Of a DNA stretch of 64,000 bases, positions 1-15,384 are shown in pieces. This stretch comes from the human T2T-CHM13v2.0 reference genome, Homo sapiens, in the NCBI RefSeq assembly GCF_009914755.1, contig NC_060944.1. One strand, given 5' to 3'. Each line of letters starts with the position of its first letter. Within the stretch, counting starts at the first letter, position 1. Position numbers and translations under genes: made by a program. Below the pieces are notes generated by a model. It was not told where the DNA came from. It did not search any database and saw only the letters and a list, made by a program, of their open reading frames with translations.

Positions 1-569
1 TTTTGGTCCTCCTAGGTCCCTTATTAATATACCAACACTCTGAAAGGTGTTAATCCTTATTAGCTAATATCTTAGTGCTGGCACTTTCATTAGCAGTTAA
101 CACCTGTAGTTAGCAGCTAACTCCTTAACGGGAATCATCTGGCATTCATCTGCGAGAAGAACTTTCAGGAATGGGGCCAGGAGGGGCTCTTGGTGGTCTT
201 GGAGCACAAGGGGGCTATGAGAGAAGAAAAGACTGTCCAGGAGAGACATCTCTGACAGAGCTATTTTGCCAAAGGAAAATTCCATTACCTGTCCACTAGA
301 CTGAGACCCCTAGAGAATGGTACCCTGAATCATCTCTGCTGCCTTGTCTAGCAGAGAGGCTTTGGGCAAACTACTTAACCATTATAAGCCTCAGGTTCCT
401 CCTCTATTAAATGGGGATACTCAACTATACATTTTTGGGTCACCATGGCTAATGCTATGTTTCTCAAATTTGCTGTATATTTGCAGGTGGTACATAAAAT
501 TTTTATTTTAAGAGTGAAACTTTTTTATCCATCAACTTAAATAAACTTATGCTGGGTATCAAATGACCT

Positions 570-930
570 TCCCTTAAATCTCAATGACTTTCAACAATAA
601 GGATTTATTTTTTGCACATGCTACTTGGCCATCAGATAGCTTTGGGTCTGCCTTGATTCTGCTCCACGTTGTCATTCTGGGAACCAATTTGAAGGGGTGG
701 CCCTGCCTAGAGCGTGCTAGTAACACGGCAGCAGAAGGAACAACAGCAGAACCCCACAATGGCTCTTAAAGCTCCCATTCAGAAGTGGCATCCAACAGTT
801 GTGCTCAATTTCATTGGCCAAAGCAAGTCATATGGCCAGATCTGATGGTGACGAGGTGGGAAGCATACACCTTTGCAGGGAGGCACCTGGTAAGGAGGGG
901 CCGTGAGTATTGTTGAATAATTATACAATC
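570..930. mobile_element. Old MaLR (MLT1-type) LTR remnant
   Basis: Contains 'tttcattggccaaagcaagtcatatggcca', characteristic of MLT1 LTRs; boundaries approximate. Confidence 0.5.
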
Positions 931-967
931 TAGTGCAGTATTGATTTTCATGCATATTAGAAAAATA

Positions 968-1230
968 GGCCTGTAATTCCAGAACTTTGGGAGGCCGAGG
1001 TGGGTGGATCACCTGAGGTCAGGAGTTTGAGACCAGCCTGGCCAACATGGAGAAACCCCTGTCTCTACTAAAAATACAAAAATTAGCTGGATGTGGTGGC
1101 ACACACCTGTAATCCCAGCTACTTGGGAGGTTGAGACATGAGAATCGCTTGAACCTGGGAGGCAGAGGTTGCAGTGAGATAAGGCAGAGCCACTGCACTC
1201 CAGCCTCAGCAACAGAGTGAGACTCTGTCT
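968..1230 (+). mobile_element. Alu (AluS-like), 5'-trimmed and tail-less, directly followed by a second Alu
   Basis: Alu consensus match (gaggccgaggtgggtggatcacctgaggtcaggagtt ... gactctgtct). Confidence 0.93.
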
Positions 1231-1235
1231 AACTA

Positions 1236-1536
<301 letters not shown>

Positions 1537-1629
1537 CTATACATATATATAGTACAAATATAGAGAGAGAGCAAGAGAGAGAGAATGATAAAACAAACAT
1601 GGCAGAATGCATACAATTGGCAGGCCTGG

Positions 1630-1841
1630 GTCTCGGCTCCCTGCAACCTCCACCTCCTGGGTTCAAGCAATTCTCCTGCCTCAGCCTCCTGAGTAGCTGG
1701 GATTACAGGCATGTGCCAACACCCCTGGCTGATTTTTGTATTTTTAGTAGAGACGGGGTTTTGCCATGTTGGCCAGGTTGGTCTGGAACTCTTGACCTCA
1801 GCAATCTGCCCGCCTTGGCCTCCCAAAGTGCTAGGGTTACA
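1630..1841 (-). mobile_element. Partial Alu
   Basis: Antisense Alu consensus (ctgcaacctccacctcctgggttcaagc ... cccaaagtgctagggttacag). Confidence 0.9.
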
Positions 1842-2410
1842 GACGGATCTGATTTCTTAAGGTGAGGCAAAGGTAGAGAGAATAAAAACTAGTTGAGCTA
1901 ATTTAAAGAATATTAAATAACAGTAGCCAGGTGGGACATTTGGCAAAGTGGGACTTTCACCTCCCATGAGGCATTTGATGTTCCTCACACTTCATCGGGG
2001 TCCTCTGGCTGGCAGCCCCCTTCTCATTCATTCATTCCATACCCCCTTATTGAGCACCTACTGTGTGCTAGGCACCTGTTGGGCACTGAGGAGTCAATAG
2101 TGAATGATACGAGGCAGACACAGGTCCTCCCTGGAGAGGCTGACAGCCTCATGGAGGTGTTGGGATAGGAAGACATGCAGTGAGTGGTCTAGGGAGCCCC
2201 GTGCCAGCTGCTGTTGTCCCTGTGGGGAAAGACAGGCTGTCTAGTGGCTCACCACTGGCAGTTGGTGTTGGGGGAACCATCACATGCTATACCTCCTAAC
2301 AAGGGACAGTTGTGTCACTGGGCCCACATAACAGTGTCTCTGTGTGAGCAGGGGGCAGGGAGCAGATGGGCAAAGTCACAGTATGCACTGAACACCTTCC
2401 TGGATGCTTA

Positions 2411-2885
<475 letters not shown>

Positions 2886-3352
2886 TCACTGAAATGTACA
2901 CTTTAAATGAATGAGTTTTATCATATGTAAATTACACTCCAATAAAGCCAATTTACAAAAGAATTTTTTACAGGAGTATGAAAATTATACATTATTTTGG
3001 AGAGGCTCAGAGAAGTTGAGTAACTTGCCCAGGATCAAAAAACTACTGACGGGAGATGAAGGAAAAGAGACCCGGGTGTGCCTGACCCCGGGATTAACTA
3101 CAATTGGTACATGCCTTTCATTCATCTGCATAAAAAAAAGCGACTTCCATTTTGAAAAGCAACATTCTCAAACAGCATAGAATCTACCCTAGTCATAAAG
3201 ATTTCAGAATTAGAAGGGAATTAAGTGGCCTCAGAGTTCTGTCTCCTTCCTCCTCTGCCCAATGACACACATAGAAGCCCTGCCCTTCTCTTTGGCCTTG
3301 ATTGACCTCTGAGTCAAGCCTTTGAGAGTCACCCTGGACACTTCCATCTATT

Positions 3353-3442
3353 GTTTTTTCTTTTTTTTTTTTGAGATGGAGTCTTGCTCTGTCTCCCAGG
3401 CTGGAGTGCTGGGATTACAGGTGTGAGCCACTGCGCCCAGCC
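3353..3442 (-). mobile_element. Internally deleted Alu (~90 bp) with intact target-site duplication
   Basis: Poly(T), the Alu 3' end, then a jump to the Alu 5' end; TSD CACTTCCATCTATT at 3339-3352 and 3443-3456. Confidence 0.88.
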
Positions 3443-4749
3443 CACTTCCATCTATTCTTGTATCAGTTAAGCCTCCCTCACTCTCAGCCTCTGTCTCCTC
3501 TTTTCTGCCCTGGCCCTGGGGTTTCGGAGGCTCGGCCCACCTTGTCCTACCCCAGCTAAACATCTTTGTGTCACCCTTGCTGTTTATTCTTCCACAGTCT
3601 GGGAGACCAGGAGGGGACCCTTTGATCTGGGTGGGAAGCAGGGACCATTTGAGAGGGTTTGCCATTGACCTACTTTATAGATGAAGAAAGAAGGCTCAGA
3701 GAGGTAGAGGACCTGCGTGAGGTTAAACAGTTTGCACGGGATAGAGCCTGAACCCACCCAGATCTGTCTGATTCCAGATCCCAGGCCCTTACCCAGAAAG
3801 ATAGTAGGAGGCCAAGTCATGAGGCTGAGGGTTGGGTCGGGGGAAGGCAGAGGGTGTGAGAAGTCTCTTTCAAACTCCCTTCATTCCAGAATCAGCTCTG
3901 TCAATGGCTTAGAAAACCCCAGTCCCTGAAGGGACAGGGCTGCCAGGGCCTCTTGCCGAGTGACTGCAGACCACATTTTTCTTAATCTTAATTGAAAACT
4001 GTTCAAGTAGAAAAATCATTTCACTGCTTCATCTCAGAAAGGAAAAGAAGAAGGGAGAAGGGAGGGCTCGGGTTGGGTTGGGGGATGGAGGATTTAGCCA
4101 GAGAGGAAAGGCTGTGGCTATCGAGGGCTTGGTCCCTACCTGCCCTGGGCCTGCCACTAGGCCTTGCCCAATTGGGCCTCCCTGAGCCCCAGGGCTTGGG
4201 GGGTTGGGTCTGCCGGGCTACTGATGCAGTCAGTCATAAGTACGAGGGTCCCACCATGTACCACGCAGATCCTTGGCCGGGATCCCAGAACAATGAAACA
4301 CCGTCAGATGCAGCTCCTAGGGCCTGGGAACTAGGGGCTTCTAGTTCCTCCCCTCCTCCTCTTCCTCTTTCATTCATTCCTTCCCTCCTTCAACCAATAT
4401 TTATTGAGCATCTGCAATGTGTCTGCTACTGTTTCAGAATATACAAATAGCTCCTGCCCTCCTGGAATGCACTGTCTAGCAGGGAAGGCAAATCATCAGA
4501 TAAATAGAGAATAACACACTGAATTTAGCTCTGAAGAAACGGGGAGAGTGGGGTGAGCAATTATTCTATAGGCATGGGTGGGAATTGTGATTTAGGCTGA
4601 GCAGTCAGGGAGGGTCTCCTGGAGGAGATGGTATTACAACAAAGGCACAAAGGGTGGGTAGGAGTTATCCAGGCAAAGGCAGAGGTGGGGTCAGTGGTGG
4701 GAGTGGGATAGCACCCCCAGGACAGAGGGAGGTGCTGGAAAGGCTAGAC

Positions 4750-4935
4750 TCTTAAGCAAGACTGATTGGGTTCAAATTCCAGCTCTGTCACTAGCCAGCT
4801 GAGTGATCCTGGAACAAGTTAACTAACCTCTCTGTGCCTTAATTTTCTCATTTGTAAACAGAGGATTATTGTGAGGATTAAGTGGGTTTACATAGATAAT
4901 ATGCTACAATGGTGCCTGGACAGCACTATTGTAAG
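4750..4935 (+). mobile_element. MIR SINE
   Basis: MIR core 'gggttcaaattccagctctgtcact...aacctctctgtgcctt...ctcatttgtaaa'. Confidence 0.7.
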
Positions 4936-6757
4936 CAAACAAAAAGCCCCAGCCTGTGCAAAGGCACTAGAGCAGGCAACTGCAAAGTAAGTCATCGAAG
5001 TCAACAAAGGAACAGGCTTTATCCCAGGGCAAACACAGATTGGGTACATGCCGTGGAAATCCATGCTGTGCTCCAGAAAAAATGGAGGCTAAAATCCTGT
5101 ATCTGCCGGGTAGTCAGAGCAAACCTATGTTGGTACCTTCTACCCCTCTTTTCATGGCATCCCTGTAACCTTGGGAAGAATCCTTGGTTATCCTCACTTT
5201 ACAGATGAGTGCACTGAGGCTCAGAGAGGCCAAGTGACTAGTCCAAGGTCAAGCAGGTGGGGCTGAGCCCAGGTTTGGCTACCTCCAGAGCCCAAGTCTC
5301 TTACCACTGTGCTCTACTGCCTCAATTTTGAGATGTAACAAAAATGGCATCTTATCTAGGTTTGACTATTTGTTGAGCACACGCTGTGTGTTGCATCTTG
5401 GGCTACACGTGCCACACAGGAAGCAATTTATAAGATGCAGGCTAGGTAGGGCAGTCATACAATATTTTTCCTAAACTGAGTCACTTTGGACGGTGAAAGT
5501 GGCACTCTTCCAGGATGGCATGTGTCAAATGGAACCTAGGGTCACCCCAAGCTTGGGGCAGGTGATCAAGAGCATGGAATCAGGTAGACCTGGCTGGCTT
5601 AGTGCCCTTGGGCAAGTCACTTAACTTCTCTGAACCTGTTTCTCCATATGGGGGTAACAATCCCTAGCTCCTAGAGTTGTGAAGATCAAATGAGACAATG
5701 GGATGACAAATACTAAGCCCAGTGCCTGGCATGGAGTAGGCCTTCAGTGAATGGTAGACATTATTATGTAATACACAGTCAGTGGATTTCCCTCTGTCTG
5801 TCTCTTTACCCATCTCCCTGTTTCTCAGGTTTTCTCCTCCAATCCCCTTACCCCTTCCAGGACCCAGGTCTAATCTGATTTGCTGTGTGTCCTTGGGCAA
5901 AAATCTCTTCCATTCTCTGGGCCTGCTCTCTCCATCCAGCTAGAATGCTTCAACAAGGCTGCTGGGGTCCCGTCTCTCCCCCTTCCTCTCTTGGCTGGCC
6001 TTGCTACCCTGCCATCTATCCCCAGGCTCATTTTACAGGTCAGTTCCCTTTAATGAGCAGGGCTCAGAGCCTTTTCCCTCACAAAATGGAAACTGCGGGT
6101 TCATCAAAATCTCATTAACCTCCATTCTCCTGGTGGGCCTGCAGGGGTCAGACCTGTCTCAGGGTGGCGGTGCCACCTCCCAGTTGGCAGGCTCCAGGGC
6201 TGTCTGGGGCTAGCGGTGGGTGGGGCTACTGGTTTGCTGGTTCCAGACAATATTCATGCCACAACATCCAGTCCTGCCAACCTTGGCCACCTGGAAGGAA
6301 GAGGAGAGAGGGGGCCTTCAGCACTTTAATTTGAAAACTTGCCATGGGACCGAGGGATGTTGGGAGCAGAAGAGAACGGCTGGCTTCTAGTGAATTAATG
6401 CTTTGCTTGTAACTGGTAATTTTCTCCACTTTCATGTCACCTGGCTCTTTCTTCTTCTTCTTCTTTCATTTGATCTTACTTGGAAGGGTAATGTGGCCCA
6501 CCACTGTCTCCTCCATCATGGTCCTAATTTTTCATCTAGGACTTGTCTGAGCCTAGCCCTGCTCATGTGCATGGTCTCTGGAGGAGCTTGGTAGTGAGGG
6601 TTTCTGGGATCCTCTCACTAACCAGGGGGCTGTGGGAAAGTTGCTTAGGCTCTCTTAGCCTCACTTACCTCCTCTATTCTGAGAATAAAATGAGATAATG
6701 TATTTAGTGCCTGGCAACCACTTTGAAAAACATGGTGGCAGTTTCTTCTAACCTTAA

Positions 6758-7000
<243 letters not shown>

Positions 7001-7355
7001 TAACAGCTTTATTCATAATTGCCCTGAACTAGAAACAACCCAAAGGTCCATCAACTGGCGAATAGATCAATAAATTGCAGTTCGACCATATGTTGGAATA
7101 CTAGGTGCAGGGAAAAGAAACCTACGACTGATGTCCACAATGACATGAATTAATTTCAAAAGCATTCTGTAAAGTGAAGGAAGCAGACTCCAATGGCTAA
7201 ATACCAGGTGATTCTGTTTAATGACAACCTGGAAAAAGCCAAACTGCAGGCACAGAAATGAAATCAGTGGTTGCCAGGGGCTAGGGAACGGGGAGGGGAT
7301 CCACTGCAAAGGGGCACAGGCAACTTTCTGGGGCTAGAGAAATGTTCAATATCTT

Positions 7356-7553
7356 TTTGTTGTTGTTGTGTCTAGAGATGGGGGTCTTGCCATGTTGCCG
7401 AGGCTGGTCTCGAACTCCTGGGCTCAAGTGCAGGCAGGAGGGCAGTGGCACGATCTCAGCTCACTGCAACATCCGCTTCCTGGGCTCAAGCCATTCTCCT
7501 GCCTCAGCCTCCCGAGTAGCTGGGATTACAGGCGTGAGCCTCTGCACCCAGCC
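7356..7553 (-). mobile_element. Rearranged Alu (arm order swapped)
   Basis: Alu segments in non-canonical order; 16-bp TSD AAAT(G/A)TTCAATATCTT at 7340-7355 and 7554-7569. Confidence 0.8.
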
Positions 7554-7739
7554 AAATATTCAATATCTTGATTGTGGCGGTGAGTATACTGGTAACTATG
7601 TCTTTCAAAACTCACCCAAGTGCACACTTTAAAAGGATGAATCTTATTGTATGGAAATTACATCCCAGTAAACCTTACTTTAAAAAATAATGCTAGCCAG
7701 TAAAACTGTCTCTTAATTTTAATTTTTTTTTTAGACAGG

Positions 7740-10114
7740 GGTTATTAGTCCATTTTCATACTGCTATAAAGAACTGCCCAAGCCTGGGTAATTTATAAAG
7801 GAAAGAGGTTTAATTGGCTCACAGTTCAGCATGGCAGGAGAAGCCTCAGGAATCTTACAATCATTGCAGAAGATGACGAGGAAGCAAGCCACCTTCCTCA
7901 CAGGGCAGCAGAAGGAGAAGTGCCAAGCGAAGGGGGAAAAGCCCCTTATAAAACCATCAGATCACAGGAGAATTCACTCAGTATCACAAGAACAGCATGG
8001 GGGAACCACCCCCATGATTCAATTACGTCCACCTGGTCTTTCCCTTGACACGTGGGGATTATATGGATTACAATTCAAGATGAGATGTGGGTGGGGGACA
8101 CAAAGCCTAACCATATCATTCTGCCCCTGGTTCCTTCCACTACATCATTCTGCCCGTGGCTCCTCCCAAATCTCATGTTCTGTTCACTTTTTGAAACCAG
8201 TCATGCCTTCCCAACAGTCCCCCAAAGTCTTAATTTATTCCAGCATTAACCCAAAACTCCATGTCCAAAGTTTCACCTGAGACAAGGCGAGTCCCTTCTG
8301 CCTATGAGTAAAATCAAAAGCAAGTTAGTTACTTCCTAGATACAATGGGGATACGGACATTGGGTAAATACACCCATTCCAAATGGGAGAAATTGGCCAA
8401 AACAAAGAGGCTACAGGCCCATTCAAGTCTAAAATCCAGTGGGGCAGACAAATGTTAAAGCTCCAAAATTATCTCCTTTGACTCCATGCCTCACATCCAG
8501 GTCACACTGATGCAAGAGATGGGTTCCTACAGCCTTTGGCAACTCCATCCCTGTGGCTGTGCAGGGTACAGCCCCCCTTCCAGCTGCTTTCATGGGCTGG
8601 TATTGAGTGTCTGTGGCTTTTCCAGGTGCATGGTGCAAGCTGTCCATGCATCTACCATTCTGGGGTCTGGAGAACAGTGGCCCTCTTCTCACAGCTCTAC
8701 TAGGTAGTGCACCAGTGGGGACTCTATGTGGGGGTTCTGACTTCACATTTCCCCTCCACACTGCCCTAGCAGAGGTTCTCCATGAGAGCTCCATCCCTGC
8801 AGCAAACCTCTGCCTGGATGCCCAGGTATTTCCATACAACCTCTGAAATCTAGGCAGAGATTCCCAAACCTCAATTCTTGACTTCTGAGTATCCACAGTC
8901 CCAATACCACCTGTAAGCCACCAAGGCTTTGGACTTGCACTCTCTGAAGCAACAGCCTGAGCTGTACATTGGCCCCTTTTAGCCATGGCTGGGATGTAGG
9001 GCACCAAGTCCTGAGACTGCACAAAGGAGCAAGACCCTGGGCCTGGCCCATGAAACCATTTTTAGCTCCTAGGCCTCCAGGCCTGTGATGGGAGGGGTTG
9101 CTGTGAAGATCTCTGACATGTCCTGAGACATTTTCCCCATTGTCTTGGTAATTAACATTTGGCTCTTCATTATTTATGCAAGTTTCTGTAGCCTGCTTGA
9201 ATTTCTCCTCAGAAAATGGTTTTTCTTTTCTATCACATCATCAGGCTGCAAAATTTCCAAACTTTTATGCTCTGCTTCCCTTTTAAACCTAAGTTCCAAT
9301 TCCAAACCATCTTTTTGTGAATGCATGAAACCAAATGCTTTTAAGAGGATGCAAGTCACCTCTTGAACACTTTGCTGCTTAGAAATTTCTTCTGCCAGAT
9401 ACCCTAAGTCATCTCTCTCAAGTTCAAAGTTCCACAGATCTCTAGGTCAGCAGCAAAATGAAGCATAGCAAGAGTGACCTTTGCTCTAGTTCCCAATGAG
9501 TTCCTCATCTCCATCTGGGACCACTTCAGCCTGGACTTCATTGTCAATATCACTAACAACATTTTGGTCAAAACCATTCAACAAGTCTCTAGGAAGTTCC
9601 AAACTTTTCCACATCTTTCTATCCTCTTCTGAGCCTTCCAAATTGTTTCAACCTCTGCCTGTTACCCAGTTCCAAAGTTGCTTCCACATTTTCAGGTATC
9701 TTTATAGCAGAACCCCACTCTCTGAGGTACAAATTTACTGTATTAGTTTGTTCTCACACTGCTATAAAGAACTGCCTGAGACTGGGTAATTTATAAAGGA
9801 AAGAGGTTTAATTGACTCACAGTTCCACATGGATTGGGAGGCCTCAGGAAACTTACATTCATGGCGAAAGGTGAAGGAATCAAGATACCTTCTTCACAAG
9901 TCACAGGAAGGATAATCTATGCAGGAGGAACTGCCAAACACTTATAAAACCATCAGATCTTGTGAGAACTCACTCATTATCAAGAGAACAGCATGGGGGA
10001 AGCCGTCCCCATGATCTAATTACTTCCACCTGGTCACTCCCTTGATATATAGAAATTATGGGAGTTATAATTCAAGATGAGATTTAGGTGGGGACACAAA
10101 GCCTAACCATATCA
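7740..10114 (-). mobile_element. Full-length MaLR provirus (MSTA/THE1D-like): LTR ~7740-8118, internal ~8119-9738, LTR ~9739-10114
   Basis: Two similar ~375-bp LTRs (tattagt...ctgctataaagaactgcc...gggacacaaagcctaaccatatca) flank MST/THE1 internal sequence; 5-bp TSD ACAGG/ACAGA; the 197-aa ORF 8429-9022 is MaLR-internal. Confidence 0.9.
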
Positions 10115-10394
10115 ACAGAGTCTCACTCTGTCACCCAGGCTGGAGCACAATGGTACAATCTTAGCTCACTGCAACCTCTGCCATCCAGTCTCAAGCCATC
10201 CTCCCACCTCAGCCTCCTGAGGAGGTGGGACCATAGGCGCATGACACAATGCCTGGCTAATTTTTTGTAATTTTTTTGTACAGACTGGCTTTCACTATGT
10301 TGCAGGCTAGTCTCGAACTCCTGGACTCAAGGAATCTCCCAACCTCGGCCTCCCAAAGTGCTGGGATTACAGACGTAAGCCACTGTACACAGCC
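10115..10394 (-). mobile_element. AluJ-like element; its tail lies on the far side of the provirus (~7717-7739)
   Basis: 'ttttttagacagg' before the LTR continues as 'acagagtctcactctgtcacccaggc' after it. Confidence 0.85.
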
Positions 10395-11321
10395 TAATTT
10401 TAAAATTTATTTTGCTTTTTAAATTGAGGTATGGTGTACAAATAGTACACTACACCATAAAGAGCCCCAATCTTGTGTATACATCTTGAAGACTTTTTAC
10501 ATTTTTGTACATCCCATGCAGATCAATGTATGAAACATTTCCAGGCCCTCTTACTCCCTCACTCCCCATCCAAGGCCACAACCCTGAAAGTTAACTAATA
10601 TTTTGACATCTCTCACCACAGGTTAGTTTTGTGAGATTTTGGATCTCCTATGAATAGTCATCCTGAATGTAATTGTTTGTGTTTGGCTGTTGGTGAGGTA
10701 TTGAAGTCATCTTCTAAAAACACAAATCAGATCGTGTCGTGTCTTGATTAAGAGCCTTCCAATGTCTTCTCAGTAAGCTTCAAGTAGAATCCCAAGCACT
10801 CTCCCTGCCCGCTAAACTATGCATGTCCTACCCACACCATGGACCAGCTGCGCTGGAGTCCTCTCCAGCCACACAGAGCTTCCTTCAGTTCTTTGAGCGC
10901 TCCCAGCTCTTTCCAGCTGTGGGGTCCTCACCTTTGCTGATTCTTCTACATGCAATGAACTTCTGTGGGCCAGATTTCTCCCTGTCCTTTGGGTTTCTGC
11001 TGAATGGCCTTCCCCAGACTCTACCCCAATGGGTTCCTGACTTCCACTCCTTGGTTATTTGCCATCTCTGCACCTGTTGGTTCCTCTGTAACCCTCATCA
11101 TGGTTCACAATTGCTCCTTTGTTTGTGGGTCGATTGTCTTTCTCCCCGCTTAGGTTGAGAGTTAGACAAGGCTAGGTCTAACCTGTCTGCATGATCTAGG
11201 TGCCCAGTCCAGTGCTAGGCACATGCACGTGCTTAACACGTGTTGGCTGAATCAATATATGAACCATCCAATTCAGAATGTGACTTCTCATGCATCTTCT
11301 CATTTGTTTCTCACAATATCA

Positions 11322-11735
<414 letters not shown>

Positions 11736-11864
11736 TCATGGCTGAGCTGGAACCTATCACTCCCTTCCTTCCCCCTTTCCACCTCCCGATGCCAGCAGAG
11801 CCTGCCTCTGGCTCTCACGCATCATTCTGTGCTGGTCATTGTTAAATTAGAGTAGAACTTAAGT

Positions 11865-12430
11865 ACCATAAAATCTCAAGTGCACAGTTTGGTGGATTTT
11901 TGCTTAGGTATACACTCACAGAACACCCACCTAGATCAGGATGTAGAACCTTTCTAGCATCTTAGAAGGGATCCTTCATAATGGACCCCTTCTAGTCAAT
12001 ACCATCCCCCTCCCAAGGGAAACAATTATTCTCATTTCTATGACCATAGTTTAAAGTTGCCTAGTTTTGAACTTCATATTCATGGACTCGTTCAGAATGA
12101 CCTCTTGTGTCTGGCTTCTCTCACTCAACACAAAATCTGGAGTCATCATGTTGCTGCATGGAGCAGTAGCTTGTTTTTTAAATGCCACATAGTATTCCAG
12201 TGTATGAATATATCACAATTTGTTTATATCCATTCTGTTGATGGGCACTTGAGCCGTTTCCAGGTTTTGTCAATTATGAATAAAGCTTCTGTGAACATTC
12301 TTTTGGTAGACATACGCACATATTTCTCTTGGGCATATACCCAGGACTGAAGTGGTTGGGTCATTCAGTGGGCATGTGGTTAGCTTTCCTAAATACTGCC
12401 AGACAGTTTTCCTAAATGGTTGTACTTCAT
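11865..12430 (-). mobile_element. Old L1M fragment
   Basis: Antisense L1 3' motifs (gtttatatccattctgttgatgggcacttg, aataaagcttctgtgaacatt). Confidence 0.7.
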
Positions 12431-13060
12431 GCATTCTAGGATCCCAGCAGCCAGAAGGTTCAGTGCTGACTCCCCTGCAGCTCCAGCCTTGCTGAGATTG
12501 AAGTCCCCATAGCCATACTTCCACCAGGTGCTGGGACGCTGAGCTACCCTGCTCCATTAGCAATCATAGCAGGGAGAAGGGGCTCAGTGAGGGTAGTCCA
12601 ACGCTTTCTGCTGAGAGGCTGGCTGGCTTGCTGAGCCCAGCAAAGGTTAGGTCACTTTGCATTTTCCCCTCCAATGATCTCAGCTCTTAGGGGCAATTAG
12701 CCCTCAGTAGAGCAAGGAGCTCAGAATACTAACCAGATCTGGCCTAGCTGGGAGAGCATTTTTTTCCCTCTGCCTGGGCTGAGGCCCTGCCTTGCAGATG
12801 GAGAGGCTGAGTGGAGAGCTAGAGGACGAAAGCATCCTTTACTACTGACCATGTGCACTGTGTTAGTGTTTTGGGTCACCAGATGCTCTTCAGTGAGGAA
12901 ACGGGAGCAGCATCTGGTGCCACCCTGCTGATGTATGCCTCAAGAGGGGCACCATCACTCCTGGTTGCTGTTTGCTTCTCCAGGCAGCTCTGCCCATCAC
13001 ACAATATCCTGTTCAATGTAGTACTGTTTGTAACAGTCCTAAGGTGAAAATAAGCTAAAA

Positions 13061-13414
<354 letters not shown>

Positions 13415-13479
13415 TTACATCCTATTAAATATACAATGGATGCTCTACAGCCGTTATGGACAGGAATAAGATGTATTAA

Positions 13480-14275
<796 letters not shown>

Positions 14276-14292
14276 AAAGATGACGGTATAGA

Positions 14293-14750
14293 TCAGGACT
14301 TCTTAACCTTTGCCGTGCCATGGGCCTTTTGGATGAAGCCCATGAAACTTTTCTCGGAATAATAGTTTTAAACATATAAAATAAGATGTTTAAGATTTCC
14401 GAGAAGACCAATTATCTTAAAACACAGTTATCAAAATATTTTAAAATTTCTTATGTAGAAATATACATGCTTCTTATTAATATATTCATTAACAAGATGC
14501 AGTGGCAGGTGTAATAACCACTGTAATTTCAAAGCGGTGATGAGTGTAAACAGTATTTCAAGATAGCTGCAACAATGATAATTTGATACAAAAATATCTA
14601 CAATCACTATGGTAGTGAAGTCACAGATACTGTTAATGCTACTGTAGCTTGTTGCTTATATTCAAATGGAAGGAAATGAGAAATTTCAGTTAGAATTTAG
14701 TGAAAATGAGGGTATAATTTTTTCCCATTCAAGTTTACAGACCCCAGAGT
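14293..14750. mobile_element. hAT-Charlie-type DNA transposon remnant
   Basis: Starts 'caggacttcttaacct', with an AT-rich Charlie-like body; subfamily uncertain. Confidence 0.5.
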
Positions 14751-15072
14751 TCTATTTGCAGTCTGGCAGTATCTATTACATCCCTGATATAAATGTATAT
14801 TTATTGAACTGGAAAGAGGCTCATAATATATTAGTAATGGAGGTGGGGGAAGCAAGTTATCAATCAATATATACAGTAGAATCCCATTTTCATAAATTAA
14901 AAATGTCAGTGTGGGTGTGTGCATTGCGTATTCATTCAACAAGCATTCCATGATCACCTACCATGAGCCAGACTCTGAGAATATAACAATGAAGAAGAAA
15001 GACATGGTTTTTACCTTCCCAGAGCAGGGCAGCTAGAAACATGAATAACTTACAACACAGTGGTGTGTGATT

Positions 15073-15384
15073 ATTTGTTTTTTCTTCTTGTTTTGTTTTT
15101 TTGAGACGGAGTCTTGCTCTGTCGTCCAGGCTGGAGTGCAGTGGTGCGCTTTTGGCTCACTACAACCTCTGCCTCCCTAGTTCAAGAGATTTTTCTGCCT
15201 CAGTCTCCTGAGTAGCTGGGATTACAGGTGCCCACCAACACGGCCAGCTAATTTTTGTATTTTTAGTAGAGACGAGGTTTCACCATGTTGACCAGGCTGG
15301 TCTTAAACCCCTGACCTCAAGTGATCCACCGGCCTCGGCCTCTCAAAATGGTGGGATTACAGGCGTGAGCCACTGCGTTTCGCT
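15073..15384 (-). mobile_element. Alu
   Basis: Antisense Alu dimer with T-rich tail. Confidence 0.92.

Noticed and set aside
8429-9022. 197-aa ORF as a host gene
   Set aside because: Lies wholly within MaLR internal sequence.
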